Below, piece by piece: positions 38,403-51,416 of a DNA stretch of 64,000 bases. Both the position numbers and the translations under genes were made by a program. The stretch is from Amphiscolops sp. MND2022 (lineage: Eukaryota). The stretch lies in assembly GCA_964187785.1 (NCBI GenBank), contig OZ076409.1, positions 44,456,001-44,520,000 on the forward strand. The letters are read 5' to 3'. The notes beneath the pieces were generated by a model that was not told the origin of the DNA, ran no database searches, and saw only the letters and a program-made list of their open reading frames with translations. The number at the start of each line of letters is the position of its first letter. The stretch's first letter is position 1.

Positions 38403-41400
38403 AAATTAGGAATCGACATATTTTGACTACCTTTCCAAAAATTTTTAAAAATTCATATGAATGATCTTTCCAAGCATAATATTGAATGCATTCTTGTAAA
38501 TTGAAATATGGACAACTTTTTTATAATATCACTTTTCACACTGCTGCAACTTTACATGACTGCTGTCAAGGTATGAATGCTTTAGTACGTTCATGAAACC
38601 CAAAATAGTTTAAAGAGTGAGTATCTCTTACCATGGTGGCTCGAACCCACAAAGCAAATTGCTCGTCGCAATGGATTCTACTGGACAATTGTTCGTAAAG
38701 AAATTGTTGCTTCCGATCCCTCTCCAGGCTTTTTATTTTAAACTCAGGTCTGTGAGGAAACCAGTAATACTCCGTCCTTTTAAGGTTGCTTTCACTGTCC
38801 AAAACTGAAAAACAAGAGCAATAGAGGTTGCACGAAAAATACTATCCCTCAACCAAAAAACTGTTTAGCTAGACTTTTAACACCTACCGTTAGCTTGTAG
38901 AAATGATTTTAGCTTCACCATCTAGAAAAATCTCTTCCTACATCAAGTGATGGTGAATCAAATGCGACTAAACTTCAAAGAGGTCCCCTTCATCTACTCA
39001 TCAAGTGTCTGTGGGTGCTCCTAATTTTAAAGTTAGGACATCAACGAATGCGTTGAATATTTTTAGTTGGCAGTTTTAGATAAGACTAAAGTCAATATCA
39101 CTTTTTTCTTCAAGACAGACACAAATGCGATGAAAACGAATGCGACGATCAATATGCCAGTTGGTCTAGTGGTTAGAGCGTTAACTTCCGTAGTTTGAGC
39201 ACAAGGCTAGACTGTCGCAAAGCTTTGATTTTCGTCAAAAATTTTTTCACTTCAATGACAGTAGCATGAAACCAAATATGGCCTAGGCCAAATGTCACAG
39301 GGCCAAAAAACAAAGAGCTCTTTGGTGAAATTAAAAAATCAAATTCGAAAAGCTTTTCGAATTTGATTTTTAAATTTCAACAAAGCTTTTTGTTTTTTGA
39401 CACTGTGAAATATGAGAATGTAAATGTAAACTGAATGTTGTTTCAGAGAATGTATACCAGATGCAAGAATCTTAGCCTCTGATGTTTGACTGAGCATCCC
39501 GCTCGTAAAATTCTGTTTTTGTCTACAGGGGCAGGCACGTTCAAAAAACTTCGATCTTATCCGGATCTGTATCAATCACTAATATGGAACAATTCTGAAG
39601 ACATCAAGTCACTGTGAGACTTGCTTTGGCATCGAAAAGCTTAGCCAGTTAACTTGGTCCACTAATGCTCGCTCACGTGGATGGTTGGATCAGAGAATAC
39701 GTTAACGGTTGTTAGGACCCTCAGGTTTAAAATACGGGGCACCATAAACTCCGACTGATATTTTGACGGAGTAAGACCAAAAAACATCTTCATCAAATAA
39801 TGAAGTGATGAAGTGAATCTGCTCGTAGCATGAATAACTTCTACTTCGACAATGCAAACATGTTGGTCAATTTCCAGTCGGCGAAAAACGAAGCACACAT
39901 CAAGAAAGTTGACTTCTCTTCCAAACACATCACTCCACATCTCTTCAAGGATTGTGAATCAACAGCGTCATGCCGACACCCCGGATTTGACATCATACAC
40001 TTCCTCATCAAGACTACGAACCCGCACCTCCACAGGTATCAGCACAATGCGCTCACCTCTGTCACTGATTCTATCTTGTCAAGTGAATTACGAACAGTTG
40101 TCAACTACGCCCGTTTGTATTCGAGGGTTTGATGACCAGTGAATTTGGTTTTTATTTTCCGCCCATATTTCATATGGGAAAGGAAAATATTTAAATCAAA
40201 CGGTTTTTTTTTTACAAAATTTGCCAAGAATTATTGTTTACGTAATATGAAGAAGTACATTCACAGAATTCAACTGACATAAATTTAGTTCCATGCGATT
40301 TCTATTTGTAAAGATTTTTGGACTTAAAACGATTTTGTTGCTCAAATGAGTTGGGGCGGAAAATATCCCGCTTGTCCGCGGGCGTCTTGTTTCAAAAAAC
40401 GAGCTTATCACTTGTTGCACTTTGCACTGATCCCCTAACGCTTATAAGCGGCGCTTTTTGGTGAAAAATTTGGCTCAGCAAAGTTAATTTTCCAACAAAT
40501 GAAATATTATTGATTTTTTTTTCATCTGTTACGCCTTTTTGTCAACCAAATAGGAAAGAAAGGGAATAAGCACAAGGCTTAAGTTCTCACCATTCAAAAA
40601 GCGCATATTTAAGTTGTTGCTTTCGCTGTCGGCATTTATGATATTGCGTCGCTTTTGCGCTTTCACTTAGCGACCTAACCTAATCCACTATTTATGACAC
40701 ATTTCACTGATTCTGCCGCACAAAAACTCGTTCCTAACATTGAACACCGCTAAAAATTCACGAATATTTTGGGTTCTTTCGCATCTCCACAACTCAGGAG
40801 AGAACTGTAAGAGAGAACAGCGACAAAACTACATCCTAGAAAATCTGCCGCATTTAAATAGCCCTATTAGCATTACTCATCAAAAAATATCTTTACTCCT
40901 TGGAAAACTCAACTTCAACGCTCCTGAAGCCATCAACGCTCTTTTGGGATGGATAGTCGCTGAACGAACTTCACCCTTATCCACCGACTAAAAGATGCAA
41001 TAGATGCAAATAAGAGTTGTCAGCACGTTCCTAATTGAAAACTTGGAGTAACGACACCATAGTAGTACTTTCTGAAGAACGCAGCTTCTCAAGAAAACAA
41101 AAAAGCCTTGAAGATACTTGAAACGGCAATAAAGTTTGTAAAAGTATTTTCGAGATTAGACGTCGTTTAAAAAAAGCGGTTAAACTACTTAATATTTGGA
41201 GAAAAGTCGAGCAACAACGCAGTGACCAGATTTTGAAAAATTGGCCATTTTTTACAATAAATCTGAATTGGAAAAATTAGGGGGTTGATTGCCAGCCGCA
41301 CACGTTTCCAATTCCACCAATCAGCAGTCTCCTAACAGCACCTCACCTTCCCTCCAACCTGATAGGACCCGTCATGAGCTTTTGAAAAGTTGTAGATGCA

Positions 41401-41678
41401 AGTTTGCCGACATAAAAGCAGGTGAGACTCCGAAGAATAACTTTCCCTGTATTTCCTATGAGAGAAAAATATCGAACAAACAACCTACCTATAAACTTAT
41501 TCACCTTTTTGAAGCAAATAAGTCGGGGTGTATCTTGTTATGTATTTCTGAAATACACCATCGATCACGGTCAGAGGGAAATCATCAAAGAGAGCAGCTA
41601 CATATACAAAATTTTCATCAGCTCCGACTCGATGCACTACGAACAAAGTGCAGCACCAGATTTTCAAGGACGCATCTC

Positions 41679-42456
41679 AAACCAGAGCCGCATATGCGGT
41701 AAAGGAGTCGGCTTAGGTCTTTTTCCTTCTGACTCGCTCCAATCCCAGTAATACAAATTTATTGAAATTGCACACATAGACCATACTATGGTGTAGAAAA
41801 TGACTGTAGAAATTTTCGTTCGAATCGTAGGACAGTTTTTGCAAAAATACAAAAAAGACGAAAAATGGCTGTTTTTTGGCCATTTTTGGGTTAATTTTGG
41901 CTATGTTTCTCACATCCCAGCAATACGAATTTGATTAAATTACACACAAAGGACCATTGTATAGTGTAGAAGGACTGTACAAAATTTCGTTCGAATCGTA
42001 TGGATATTTTTTGCGAAAATCAAAAAAAGTCGAAAACGGCTGTTTTTTGGCCATTTTTGGGTTAATTTTGGCTATGTTTCTCACATCCCAGCCATACGAA
42101 TTTAATGAAATTGCAGAGAAAGGACCATAATATGGTGTAGAATGACTGTAAAAAATTTCGTTCGAATCGTACGGACAGTTTTTGAGAAAATCGAAAAAAA
42201 AATTGAAAAATGACTGTTTTTTGGCCATTTTTGGGCTAATTTTGGCTATGTTTCTCATATCCCAGCCATACGATTTTGATGCCTTTGCACACGCAGGGGC
42301 CCCTTTGGGTGTAGAATGACTGTGCAAAATTTCGTGAAAATCGAATGGACAGTTTTTGAGAAATTTGAAATTTTCATGAAAAGGTTGGGAGAAGAAAAAC
42401 AAAAAAAAACAACACGATTGCATAAGTAGTCGAAAATTTTTTCCGACTCCTAAAAA
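41679..42456 (-). mobile_element. HINE/DINE-like element, family 2, with tandem array
   Basis: Reverse-complement copy of 30116-30960 with both termini. Confidence 0.8.
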
Positions 42457-43752
42457 TCAAACAACTTGGCCGACCTCCGCTTCATTCAGCATCAACCAGC
42501 AAGACTCGAACAAAACTAGGGAAGTGAATTAATTTTTTTAAATTGGACTGTGTTGGTTCTCTATAGGGCAGTTGCTAAAAGAGCTATATAATGCTCATCG
42601 ACTATCCCAACAATGATATTCTGATAAGTTTAATTTGAAACTTGCTTTTCTTTTATCATTCAATATGTAACTTTTCTTTCCAATTACAGAGCTTTTGTGG
42701 AGCCATGTCAGATGGAAAAGGAGCAAAGCTGCAAGTTAATGTAGCAAGTTAATGTAGACTTGGACCAACTAACGACAACCCAGTCGACGACAGAATCTGA
42801 GAGTACAAAACTTCAGGAAAAAATTTCAAGTAGCATATGGATTCCAGGAACAACTTTTTTATTACCTAAACAAGCCTGAACTACCGAAGACAAATATCTC
42901 AAACTTTGCAAATGAAGAACATGCAACGTTTGTGGCAACAAGTTCTTCAACCGACAACAAAACACGCGAGCCGTACAAATCAGCAGATAGAACTGACGAC
43001 TTTCATACTGTTACTTGTTTGTAATTTTTGGACGAAATATGACATGGAAAAGGTTCTTGAATTCCCACATATCATGAAAGCACTCTCTCGGCTGATGTCA
43101 ACTTCATAATGGTGCCCGATTAAAAATAAGAAAATTTCCCCATTACCGCCTGGTGGATGCCAAATCCTTTTTCGGATACTATCTCTACCCGTAGCAAGCT
43201 GTGATACCATATTTGCAGCCAAATGGTCAAGAATCTGTTTCATTCGAGCAGCGCTAACACTAATTTTAACGCTCAGTTTTTGTCCTGAAATAGCAGCCAA
43301 CTAAACTCGCACAGCACTTTTACAAGGACAACTTGAAGATGCCGATGTAATTTTGAATCCATTCAGAATGTGGTAATCGCATTTGGTTGCTTCATCCTAC
43401 GTGGCATCAGGTGAAGTGGGCTTTCAAAACCTTCATTGAAAGATCAGGAGTCGTGAAATAATAATTCAATTTATCAGACGGCATAAATTACAGACAATAT
43501 TTTAAATTAACTAAAACGGGTACTGCATAGCTCGTTCTTTCATTTTTGAATGTTTTGGAACTTCTAGCCCATGAAATCTCTCGAAAATTGAACAGAAAAT
43601 GTATTGAAAACGATCAAAACTTTCTTCCATTATTTAACAGTTTTAACATTTTAATCCACGAAGTCTATCGAAAATTGACAAAAAATGAATAAAAATGGTG
43701 AAAATAGGATTTTTTGCCTTTTCGGTGTCAATCCGAGACATAATTCATTTGT

Positions 43753-44465
43753 AACAGGCCGGGACCGGCCCAAGTTGGCGCCATATCCAAGGCTCAAAAA
43801 TAGCGAAAGGACTTCCAAGAGTCAATTTACAGTACTCGAAAATCGAAAAAGCAAAAAAATGGACCGAGTGGCGCGCCGGGCCCGCTAGCGCGAGAACCTG
43901 GCGCGCTAAAAGGGGGACACTTCCGAAATTTTCAACATTTTTGTCGCAGTTGAAGGGTGGACCCTATGGAGAAAAACAAATTTCCGAAAAAAGCCTCACA
44001 ATGCTGAAAAACTGTAAGAGGGGACCCTTTGGCATTTTTAAACACCCAATCTGTTGTAAAATATCAAAGAAATTGAAGGGGGAAAAATTTTTGTTTTCGG
44101 GGAAAAAAATCTCGCATTGCCGAAAAAACTGAAAAGGGGGACCCTTTGGGATTTTCCAACATCAATTCTGACGCAAAACAGCAAAAAAAATTGAAGGAGG
44201 GATCCTTTGGGGATTTTTTTTCCGGAAAAAAATCTCGCAGTGCCGAAAAAAATTGAAAGGGGGAGCCTTTGGTCTCACCCGGTATAGTATGTTACGCGGG
44301 AAAACAGGAAAAACCTTTTTGGTTCAGTTCGCTTGGCCAAATGGTGCATTTTGGTGCAATAATATTTTGTAGAACTTTTAAGAACTATTTTGGTCAGTTC
44401 GTGTGGATAGAAAAAAAGAGTCACTATAATAGTCGCCTTTCACTCCATGAAGCGCCGACTAAAAA
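43753..44465 (-). mobile_element. HINE/DINE-like element, family 1 (complete, with ~100-bp internal repeats)
   Basis: aacaggccgggaccggcccaagttggcgcc ... gcgccgactaaaaa; internal gaaaggggggaccctttggg repeats. Confidence 0.75.
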
Positions 44466-45238
44466 CAGCATTTATCTCTTCACTAACCCTACTGGACAAC
44501 AACGTCTTTCCCTGTTGACTCTTTTCAACATCCGATCCGACACAATTGCATGAAAATTTTGAAAATTAGAAAATTTTGAATTTCTCCGGAAAGGACAACT
44601 ATAGAACGAATTTTTGCTTTGTTGAACCTTTTCAGCAGTCTAATCCACGAAGTTTCTCGAAAACTTGACACAAACTGTAAAAAAAGGACAAAAATCAGGA
44701 AATTTTGGTTGTCATTTTTGGGGTCATTTTGAGTCTTTCATATTTTTAAAAACTCATGTAGTAACAAAAGACTACCGAACAACGAATTCTTGCCTCGTTG
44801 AACGTTTTCAACATTGTAATCCACGAAGTCTATCAAAATTACGACAAAAATTTCAGAAACGTTAAAAATCGGCGAAATTTTGGAATTCTTGGTATTTTCG
44901 GGGTTAGTTTGGGTCATTATGGGGTCATTTGCGTCATTCCCAAAAACATCTTAAAATTTCTACATCTACATATCGCACGAAGTTATATTTATGTGAGTTG
45001 AATCCTGTGGTTGACACTTTCTTTTTGAATAAATATTTGGAACTTGGCAAATTTTGTTAAAAAACCGTTGGATTCAAATACTTTCCTTTCCCATATGGAT
45101 GAAAATGGGCAGAAAATAACGATCTTACAATGCAGCACCTGAACTGTTGATATGAAATGTTTATAGATAATGGTTTTTTGTCGTTCTGTAAACAAACCGT
45201 CCAATGCTATAATCTATTAAGATCGGCTCACAAGCTGT

Positions 45239-45789
45239 CCCTAGTTGAAGTTGCCGCGAAGTTTTACAGGCACCTTCAAAAAATGCCGGCTAATTTTTTT
45301 TAAAACATGGAAAATTCAGGGACCATGCATGAAAACATTTTGTAGGATTACTATGCAGCTTTCACTATTTGAGTTAAAATTGAAAACATTTCCACTTCTT
45401 CACCACCGCGATCACTTTGTTTTCACGCGTAAGTTTCTCAAACAACTACCTTATGTAAACACCACTAGTCAAATAGCACACTGAATATCACGCTACTTTG
45501 AAACTTATAATTTGACTGAAAACTAATTTAATTGAAACCGCGGTAAAATTGATGACAGGGTCTTAGCTGCTTTCAAAATTAGAACGGCGTCTTCATGAAA
45601 CCTGCAAAACTTCGCGGCTCGGAATTGCCGCCAAATTTAGGATGCATCTTATAGGCAGCTTGATAAATTTAAGTTGCATCAGTGAAGTTATAATGCATGG
45701 ACGTTTCCTTGAGAATTTTATAAAATCATGAAAAATTAGCATGGTAGCTTACAAAAACTTGTAAAAAGTTCAAGCAGTTCCAACCAGGG
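45239..45789. mobile_element. CCC...GGG MITE with 2-bp TSD (EnSpm/CMC-like), copy 2
   Basis: GT|ccctagttga...ccaaccaggg|GT, 551 bp. Confidence 0.75.
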
Positions 45790-48410
45790 GTTGACATGAT
45801 TGGCTTTCAATTAAGTTTCATCGATTATGTCATTTACCGATTAGATTATTTTGACTCGTTCTACGTTTTCTTTTTGCTGTTAATTTTACTCTCAGTGTGT
45901 GCTAAAGTCAAGTTTCTTTTTATTTGTATTCAAAATGAAATCACTAAAACCTTCAGATTTTGTTTTTTTTTAACAAGATTCAACGTGACGTTTTAAATAG
46001 ACTTCAAAAGCTCGATTTTGTTGATACTTGTATTCTTTTTCTGTTTTATAGTAGTTCTGTTGAGGATTTGGTTTCAGTTTTTAAAAATTCTGCACATTTG
46101 ATCTTTCATTTTTTCACAAGTCCACCTTTGTAGTTTTGGATTGAGTCGTTAGTTTCGAGTCGTTAGTTTCAATTTTCTGTAGGTTCTGTTGTTTTTTTTT
46201 TTTACTATTAAAACCCTTTGTAACAGCTTCAACGTGTTTAGGTTTTCGTATTTGACTTTCAAATAACCGTGACTTGAATTTTAGACTGGAATTTGCAGGA
46301 GGATTCAAGATCCTAGAGAGAGGCTACTGCGTTGTAGAACGTGATTGAACAAGTATGCAAGAAGCGTTGTAGTATGGCTTCTTCATTTCCTTGCGTTACT
46401 CAAAAGAGCAAACCATATTTAGTTTTGGATAGCTCTCATTGAGTTTTGTTTCCTAATTAGGCTTTAGTTAAACAAACAGGTTTTCGGATTACTCACATTT
46501 CGGTTTTTAATAGTGGAGCACAATTTTCAAACGAAAGCTTTCAAATTCTTTCGTCATTCCGTTTCTTTCGATAACTTTTTGATTCGATAAATACGATAAT
46601 AGTATTTCCTCGAAAATCAGAGAAATAGTATAAAAGGTGTCATTTTCACAAGGTAGTTTTTTGGTTTCAAAATAAGTTACTTTTTTAGTTTCAGAAACAT
46701 AGTAGCTCTGAGCATATGAAGGGTGTGAACAATCTCTGAGGATAACAACTGTTACACGAGGAAAGGATTTAAGATGAACATTCTAGAGTCCAAAATAACA
46801 ATAATTAAGAGCTTGAAATAAGAACTGTTGAAAACTTTTGGAAATCTGCAAAACCAGCTGAGTCGTTTTGTTCAAAAGATTGAGAATTAAAAATTTTCAA
46901 AGTAAAAGGTGTTTGGATGAACCTTTAAGTTCGGAACGTTCGTAAATGTATTTAATCCAAGTTTTGGAACACTCACCAATGAAAGGAACTTCCAGACCAA
47001 CTACGGTTAAATTCTCCATCATTTTGTCAGCCTCACTTGCTTGTTTAGAGCTTGAGGCCGTCAAACTACTTTTAGGGCTCTCAGGAGTGTCACCAAAGGC
47101 ATGTCTTGTTTTGGAACTATCGCCAACATCGTCCAGACGAGCCGGAGTGCTGCACTGTCTTTTGGATTTGTTGCGGATGTTGAAGGTTACCGGCGTCAAG
47201 AGATCTGTGTTGAAACAACCATGTTAAAAATCATGTATATTAAAATATATATTTAAATTTTAGAATAATATATCAAACCGCGCAAAACTTTACCTTTTTT
47301 GACAAAAAAACTTGAGTAAACTCGAATTTGAAGTGAAACTGTTGTGCAGTAAACTCGAATTTGAAGTGAAACTGTTGTGCAGTAAATTGAAATCATCTGA
47401 CATCTGAGTTTTTTCAAAAATTAGTTTCAATCAATCGTCGTGATTGATTCACCTCCCCTCCCCCCTTTTGTTGCAAGGAGCTAAACATATGTACATTAAG
47501 CATTATTTCATGACATGCCTGTGTTCGAGTAGTCGAAGGGTAATTCGTCATTGGCTGTGTTTCTAATAGGAGTGCCACTGCTCCACTCGCTGTCCATAGA
47601 TCCATAGCGGCCTCTCCTGAAACACAGCAGGGATGCAAACTCCAGGAGAGGATACACTGAAATGTAGTCCTGTTCGATTAACCATTGAAGCACTCACGCT
47701 GAGGAGATAAATCATAATATGTAAGAATCGGAAACTATGTTATCATCGGATAACACAAATGGGTTAACACAAAGGGGTTAACACAAATTGGTATTTAAAA
47801 ATTCAGGGGATTTCGCTTACATGCCTTTGAACGTGTTGCTAGAGGGAACGGTAGGAATGAAGAAACAGGCGTGGTGATGAATGGGTGAATTCGACTGATT
47901 ATTAACAACAGAACAAACTATATGGCAGGATATTTGAGTTTACTGGGTTCAACACAAAACTAATGCCACTTCTGTGTTTGCAAATATGGATGATATGGTT
48001 TTTTGATCTATTGGTCCAACAGAAAAGGCAACAAGCAATTCTAACGGTGAGATACCTAATCATTCATTGTAAACTTAGGTGTAACATTTTCTTTTAAAGT
48101 AACTGTTTTACACACATATTCTTGGGGTATTTTTCTAAAACATTTTTTTGTGACCGCCTCGTGATAGTTCCGGAGTACTACCTTTTACGAAAATCATCTT
48201 TTTCTTTGTTGCAAGTTGTACCGCAATTCTTCAGAGGGCAAACCTTTTCATAAAATATTGTCACATTCAACGATAAGTTTGAAATATAAAAAATCTTTCT
48301 ATGTGCGCCATTCTTCTCGAATTTCAACTGCTTCACTTTACCTTCAATTTGATGGCAAAACCGACTGCGTCGCAAATCCAACTGCGTGACAAAATCAAGT
48401 TGATTGTATT

Positions 48411-50771
48411 TGTTACGACTATTTACCGGTGTTGTTTTAGAGCTAGTCGCAGTGTGAACTTTGACGGGTGTGGACGTCCTCGTTATGGAGACGTTCTCTG
48501 GTTCAGAATCAGAGTCTCGAACATCTGAGCGGACAGTTTGTTTTTTGTTCAAAGGTGCTATTAGTTTAAGCATTTCCTTTTGGTTTTTTGCAAGTATTTT
48601 AGTTAAATCAGACATGATGTCTTACCTTAGAGATGTTTTTATCTCAACTAGACTCTCAGGCTCTACTCTAGGGACTTTGCTAGAACTAGCTACGAGGTTT
48701 TCCGACGGAGAGTTCTCGGCTAAAGAAACTTCTAAATCTCCAGAAACTAATTCAGCTACAGCGTTCCTCTTCTGACTTCTAGTTGTCATTTTGGATTGAA
48801 AATTCAAGGTCTTCGGCAAAATTGAATTCTTCGAATATTCGAAGAAATATTGATTTTCTGTTTTGAAAAGAACAGTTTGAACAGCAAAATATCACAAAGA
48901 CTAACTGACTTTACATGTAAATTCTACATATTTATACCCTTTCAGCATCATTTGTTTCTCACCTAAAATTTCCTAGGTATCGCAAAAATCGGGTTTGTTC
49001 AGCAAGAAAAGCTTATAATTCAAGTTATTTCAGCCCGGCATCAAAAAAATCAGGTATCATAATTCCTAGTTGCGCCGCTATTCCGTAATATTTGTTGAAA
49101 TCATTTTTGTTCAGGCAATTCCATTTCCTGTTTGAGTCTTGAAAATGCGGCAAAATAAAAGTCTAGCTGAAATTTTCATCGACGAATGCACGCTGGCGTG
49201 AACAATTAGTCACTTCCCAAACTAGGAAATTAATGTTCGAAGCAAAAGTATGACACTCAAAAATATTAAGGGAACTGAAACGGAATAAAGAAATTCGGAA
49301 ATGGCAAATATTTAAATGCTAGAAAAGAACAAACGATGCCAATACGGTATCAACACATGAGTGTTTGTTATGATAGCAACAGTGGTATATTGTGGCAACA
49401 GTGGTACAAGTTAACAAAGGAACGTAAACAGTTATAACGGAAACATTCCGCTGGTATAATATATCATTTGTCACTGACAAACTCATGGATAGCACAAAAT
49501 ATCAGCCAATAGCTAACTAGAAAATAGTAGAAAATGGTGCAAGCACCAAACAACGACTGTTTAGAAATAGTAGAAATGGTGGAAAAGCGTCAACAGTAAA
49601 TCATGATTACGGTAGTTACACAAATTTGGAAGATCACGATAGTATATTTTAGATATGAGTTGCCCTTACGTTGCATATTCGTTCTCAAAAATGAACGTTG
49701 TGTAGTAAGGAAAACCCTTCAACTAGAAAAACTTTGCTAAATAATTTGATTACAACGTAAGTTAACCGTGTTCTTCCCTTGACCTGTTTTCATGTTAATA
49801 CTTCAATTTGCCTTACAGTACAGTTCATTTTGTATGAAAATTTATCCTAAAACATTATCTAAATGCGTCGAATCGAAAAAGGATGATCAATGTTAAATGT
49901 TCATTCAATTTAGTGCTTTATAGTCATGATTTCTCATATTGCTCCGTAAGTGCTACGTACGTATTAAGATCAGCTATAGCTGAACAGCGGAATACAATTT
50001 TACAATCCGCTCCGTAGATGTTCCGTACGTATTAAGATTAGGTATAGCTAGGCAGCGGCGATAGCAGGCGGAGCGAGAACGGAGAGCGTAGGTGAATTCA
50101 TTCTTCTTTTCTCAGTCAATTGGCGTTGCTAGGGGCAACCAAGCATGGCTTTACCGACTTGAGCTCAAATAATTTAGCTGAGGAGCAACGCTATTGGTCC
50201 GTAAAAACAGAAATACTGGTTGCTAGTTTTGTCGAGTGACGCTGTCATAACGTTGTAAACCTTTGCTTAAAACTACTTGACTGTGGTATTAAGTGGATAT
50301 TTGACAACTATTTTAATACTGGAATCCAATTCCACTATACTTTTGTATGTTCTTTCATTTAGATTGTATGAACTCCGTTAGGCTCTCGGGGTTAAATATT
50401 TTTCTCAATGTTTTCATTTTAGTGTGGAGCAGAAAGAAATGATCTCATTTTAGAAAATGATTTTGTTTTAGTATTTAGATTTGTATGGAAACTTCAGAAG
50501 TCTTAACCGGAAATGAAAAGTGGCGTTGTACGTGAAAACTTTTGACCGGAAACTTTAGTTAGTTTAGAATCATTTCTGAAAATATTCCGTAACGCTTACG
50601 TTGGATTCTGTGTACGGAAAATTATCTGCGATTATTTAGCTGTGCTGTAAGTAAAATTTGATTAGTTTAGCAAAGGTTAAAAGTGTTTACTGTGTCCTTG
50701 TCCGCATCCTCTGCCGAATCCCGGTATGCCAGAGCAGCAAGTGAAATTACGACCGAGAGCGGGTCGTGACA
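48411..50771 (-). repeat. 3' LTR (2361 bp)
   Basis: 48411-49545 matches 62325-64000 apart from a MITE (9 mismatches in the first 190 bp). Inverted TG...CA termini; a PPT directly precedes 50771. The upper boundary is inferred from the terminus and PPT only. Confidence 0.8.
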
Positions 50772-51416
50772 GGGCCCCTCTCCTGGCTAAATAAGTTGGT
50801 AGTCCGTGACCGTGCGGGATTTCTTTTGTCACTATCACTGAGGGTCGGCTGACATAGTTCCTTATCTGGTGGGGGCTACGTCCTCTCCCCGCCGTCATGT
50901 ATGCAATTTTATTTTCGTCCTCTTCTAGCTCCCGAATCATTTTTTCGAAATGTTCCTGAGCTGCGGGGGAACACAATTCTTCGTGGTACTCTTGCGGAGT
51001 CTTTTTCCTTGGCTCATTTAAGTCGTTAAGAGGGCTGCGTTTCTTATTCCCCGACGTGCAAGCGTTAAGTTTTGTGAATTTATCAGAGCCGTTGGCATTG
51101 CGGGTGACTCAAGTTCCTCGTAGTAGTCGTCGGAATCAGATTCCACGTTGCTTCTTGGTTCGCGGATGATGAGAGGCAGATTAAAGGTCACTTTCGTGTT
51201 CTTTTTCTTCTTGGGGGTCAACTTTGCTCTTTTCGGGGAGCATACGAATTCGTCTGTAGACTCTAGCTCTGCGTCGCTGCCTCGGTAGACTTCTGTGGAT
51301 GAGTCGCTGATATTCAGCGTTCTAATTAGGTTCAACGGCAGCGTTTTTATGGGAGTGCTAGTCCTTGTGTTCTCTTCGTCAGAGGAGATGTCGATTACTA
51401 GAGCGTATCCGTCCAT
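50677..51416 (-). pseudogene. Gypsy accessory sense ORF (~245 aa after one frameshift) overlapping the PPT and U3
   Basis: ORFs 51416-51018 and 50976-50677; 'LVIDISSDEE' and 'PKRAKLTPKKKK'; low-complexity acidic/basic composition. Confidence 0.55.

Larger units (their letters stand above)
36568..47597 (-). pseudogene. Multi-exon gene of unknown family, 3' part disabled
   Basis: Phase-compatible exons 47597-47519 (GC donor), 47204-46977 and 38804-38632. A long exon from 38562 has stops and two TE insertions; the frame reads through the MITE site at 37826/37278. A last exon 36879-36568 has one stop. No family recognised. Confidence 0.5.

Noticed and set aside
47316..47385. 33-bp tandem duplication upstream of exon 2 of the decayed gene
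   Set aside because: Two copies only; ordinary slippage duplication.
48178..48819. Second, tandem truncated Gypsy copy (gag N-terminus)
   Set aside because: Homology ends exactly at the TG..CA terminus that abuts the PBS in the other copy, so this is the 3' LTR containing the gag start.
49063..49090. Alternative LTR end and PBS (..TTACGGAATA-GCGGCGCAACTAGG on the minus strand)
   Set aside because: Lacks CA and TGG; the boundary at 62325/48411 has a canonical CA, a TGG PBS and a matching inverted terminus.
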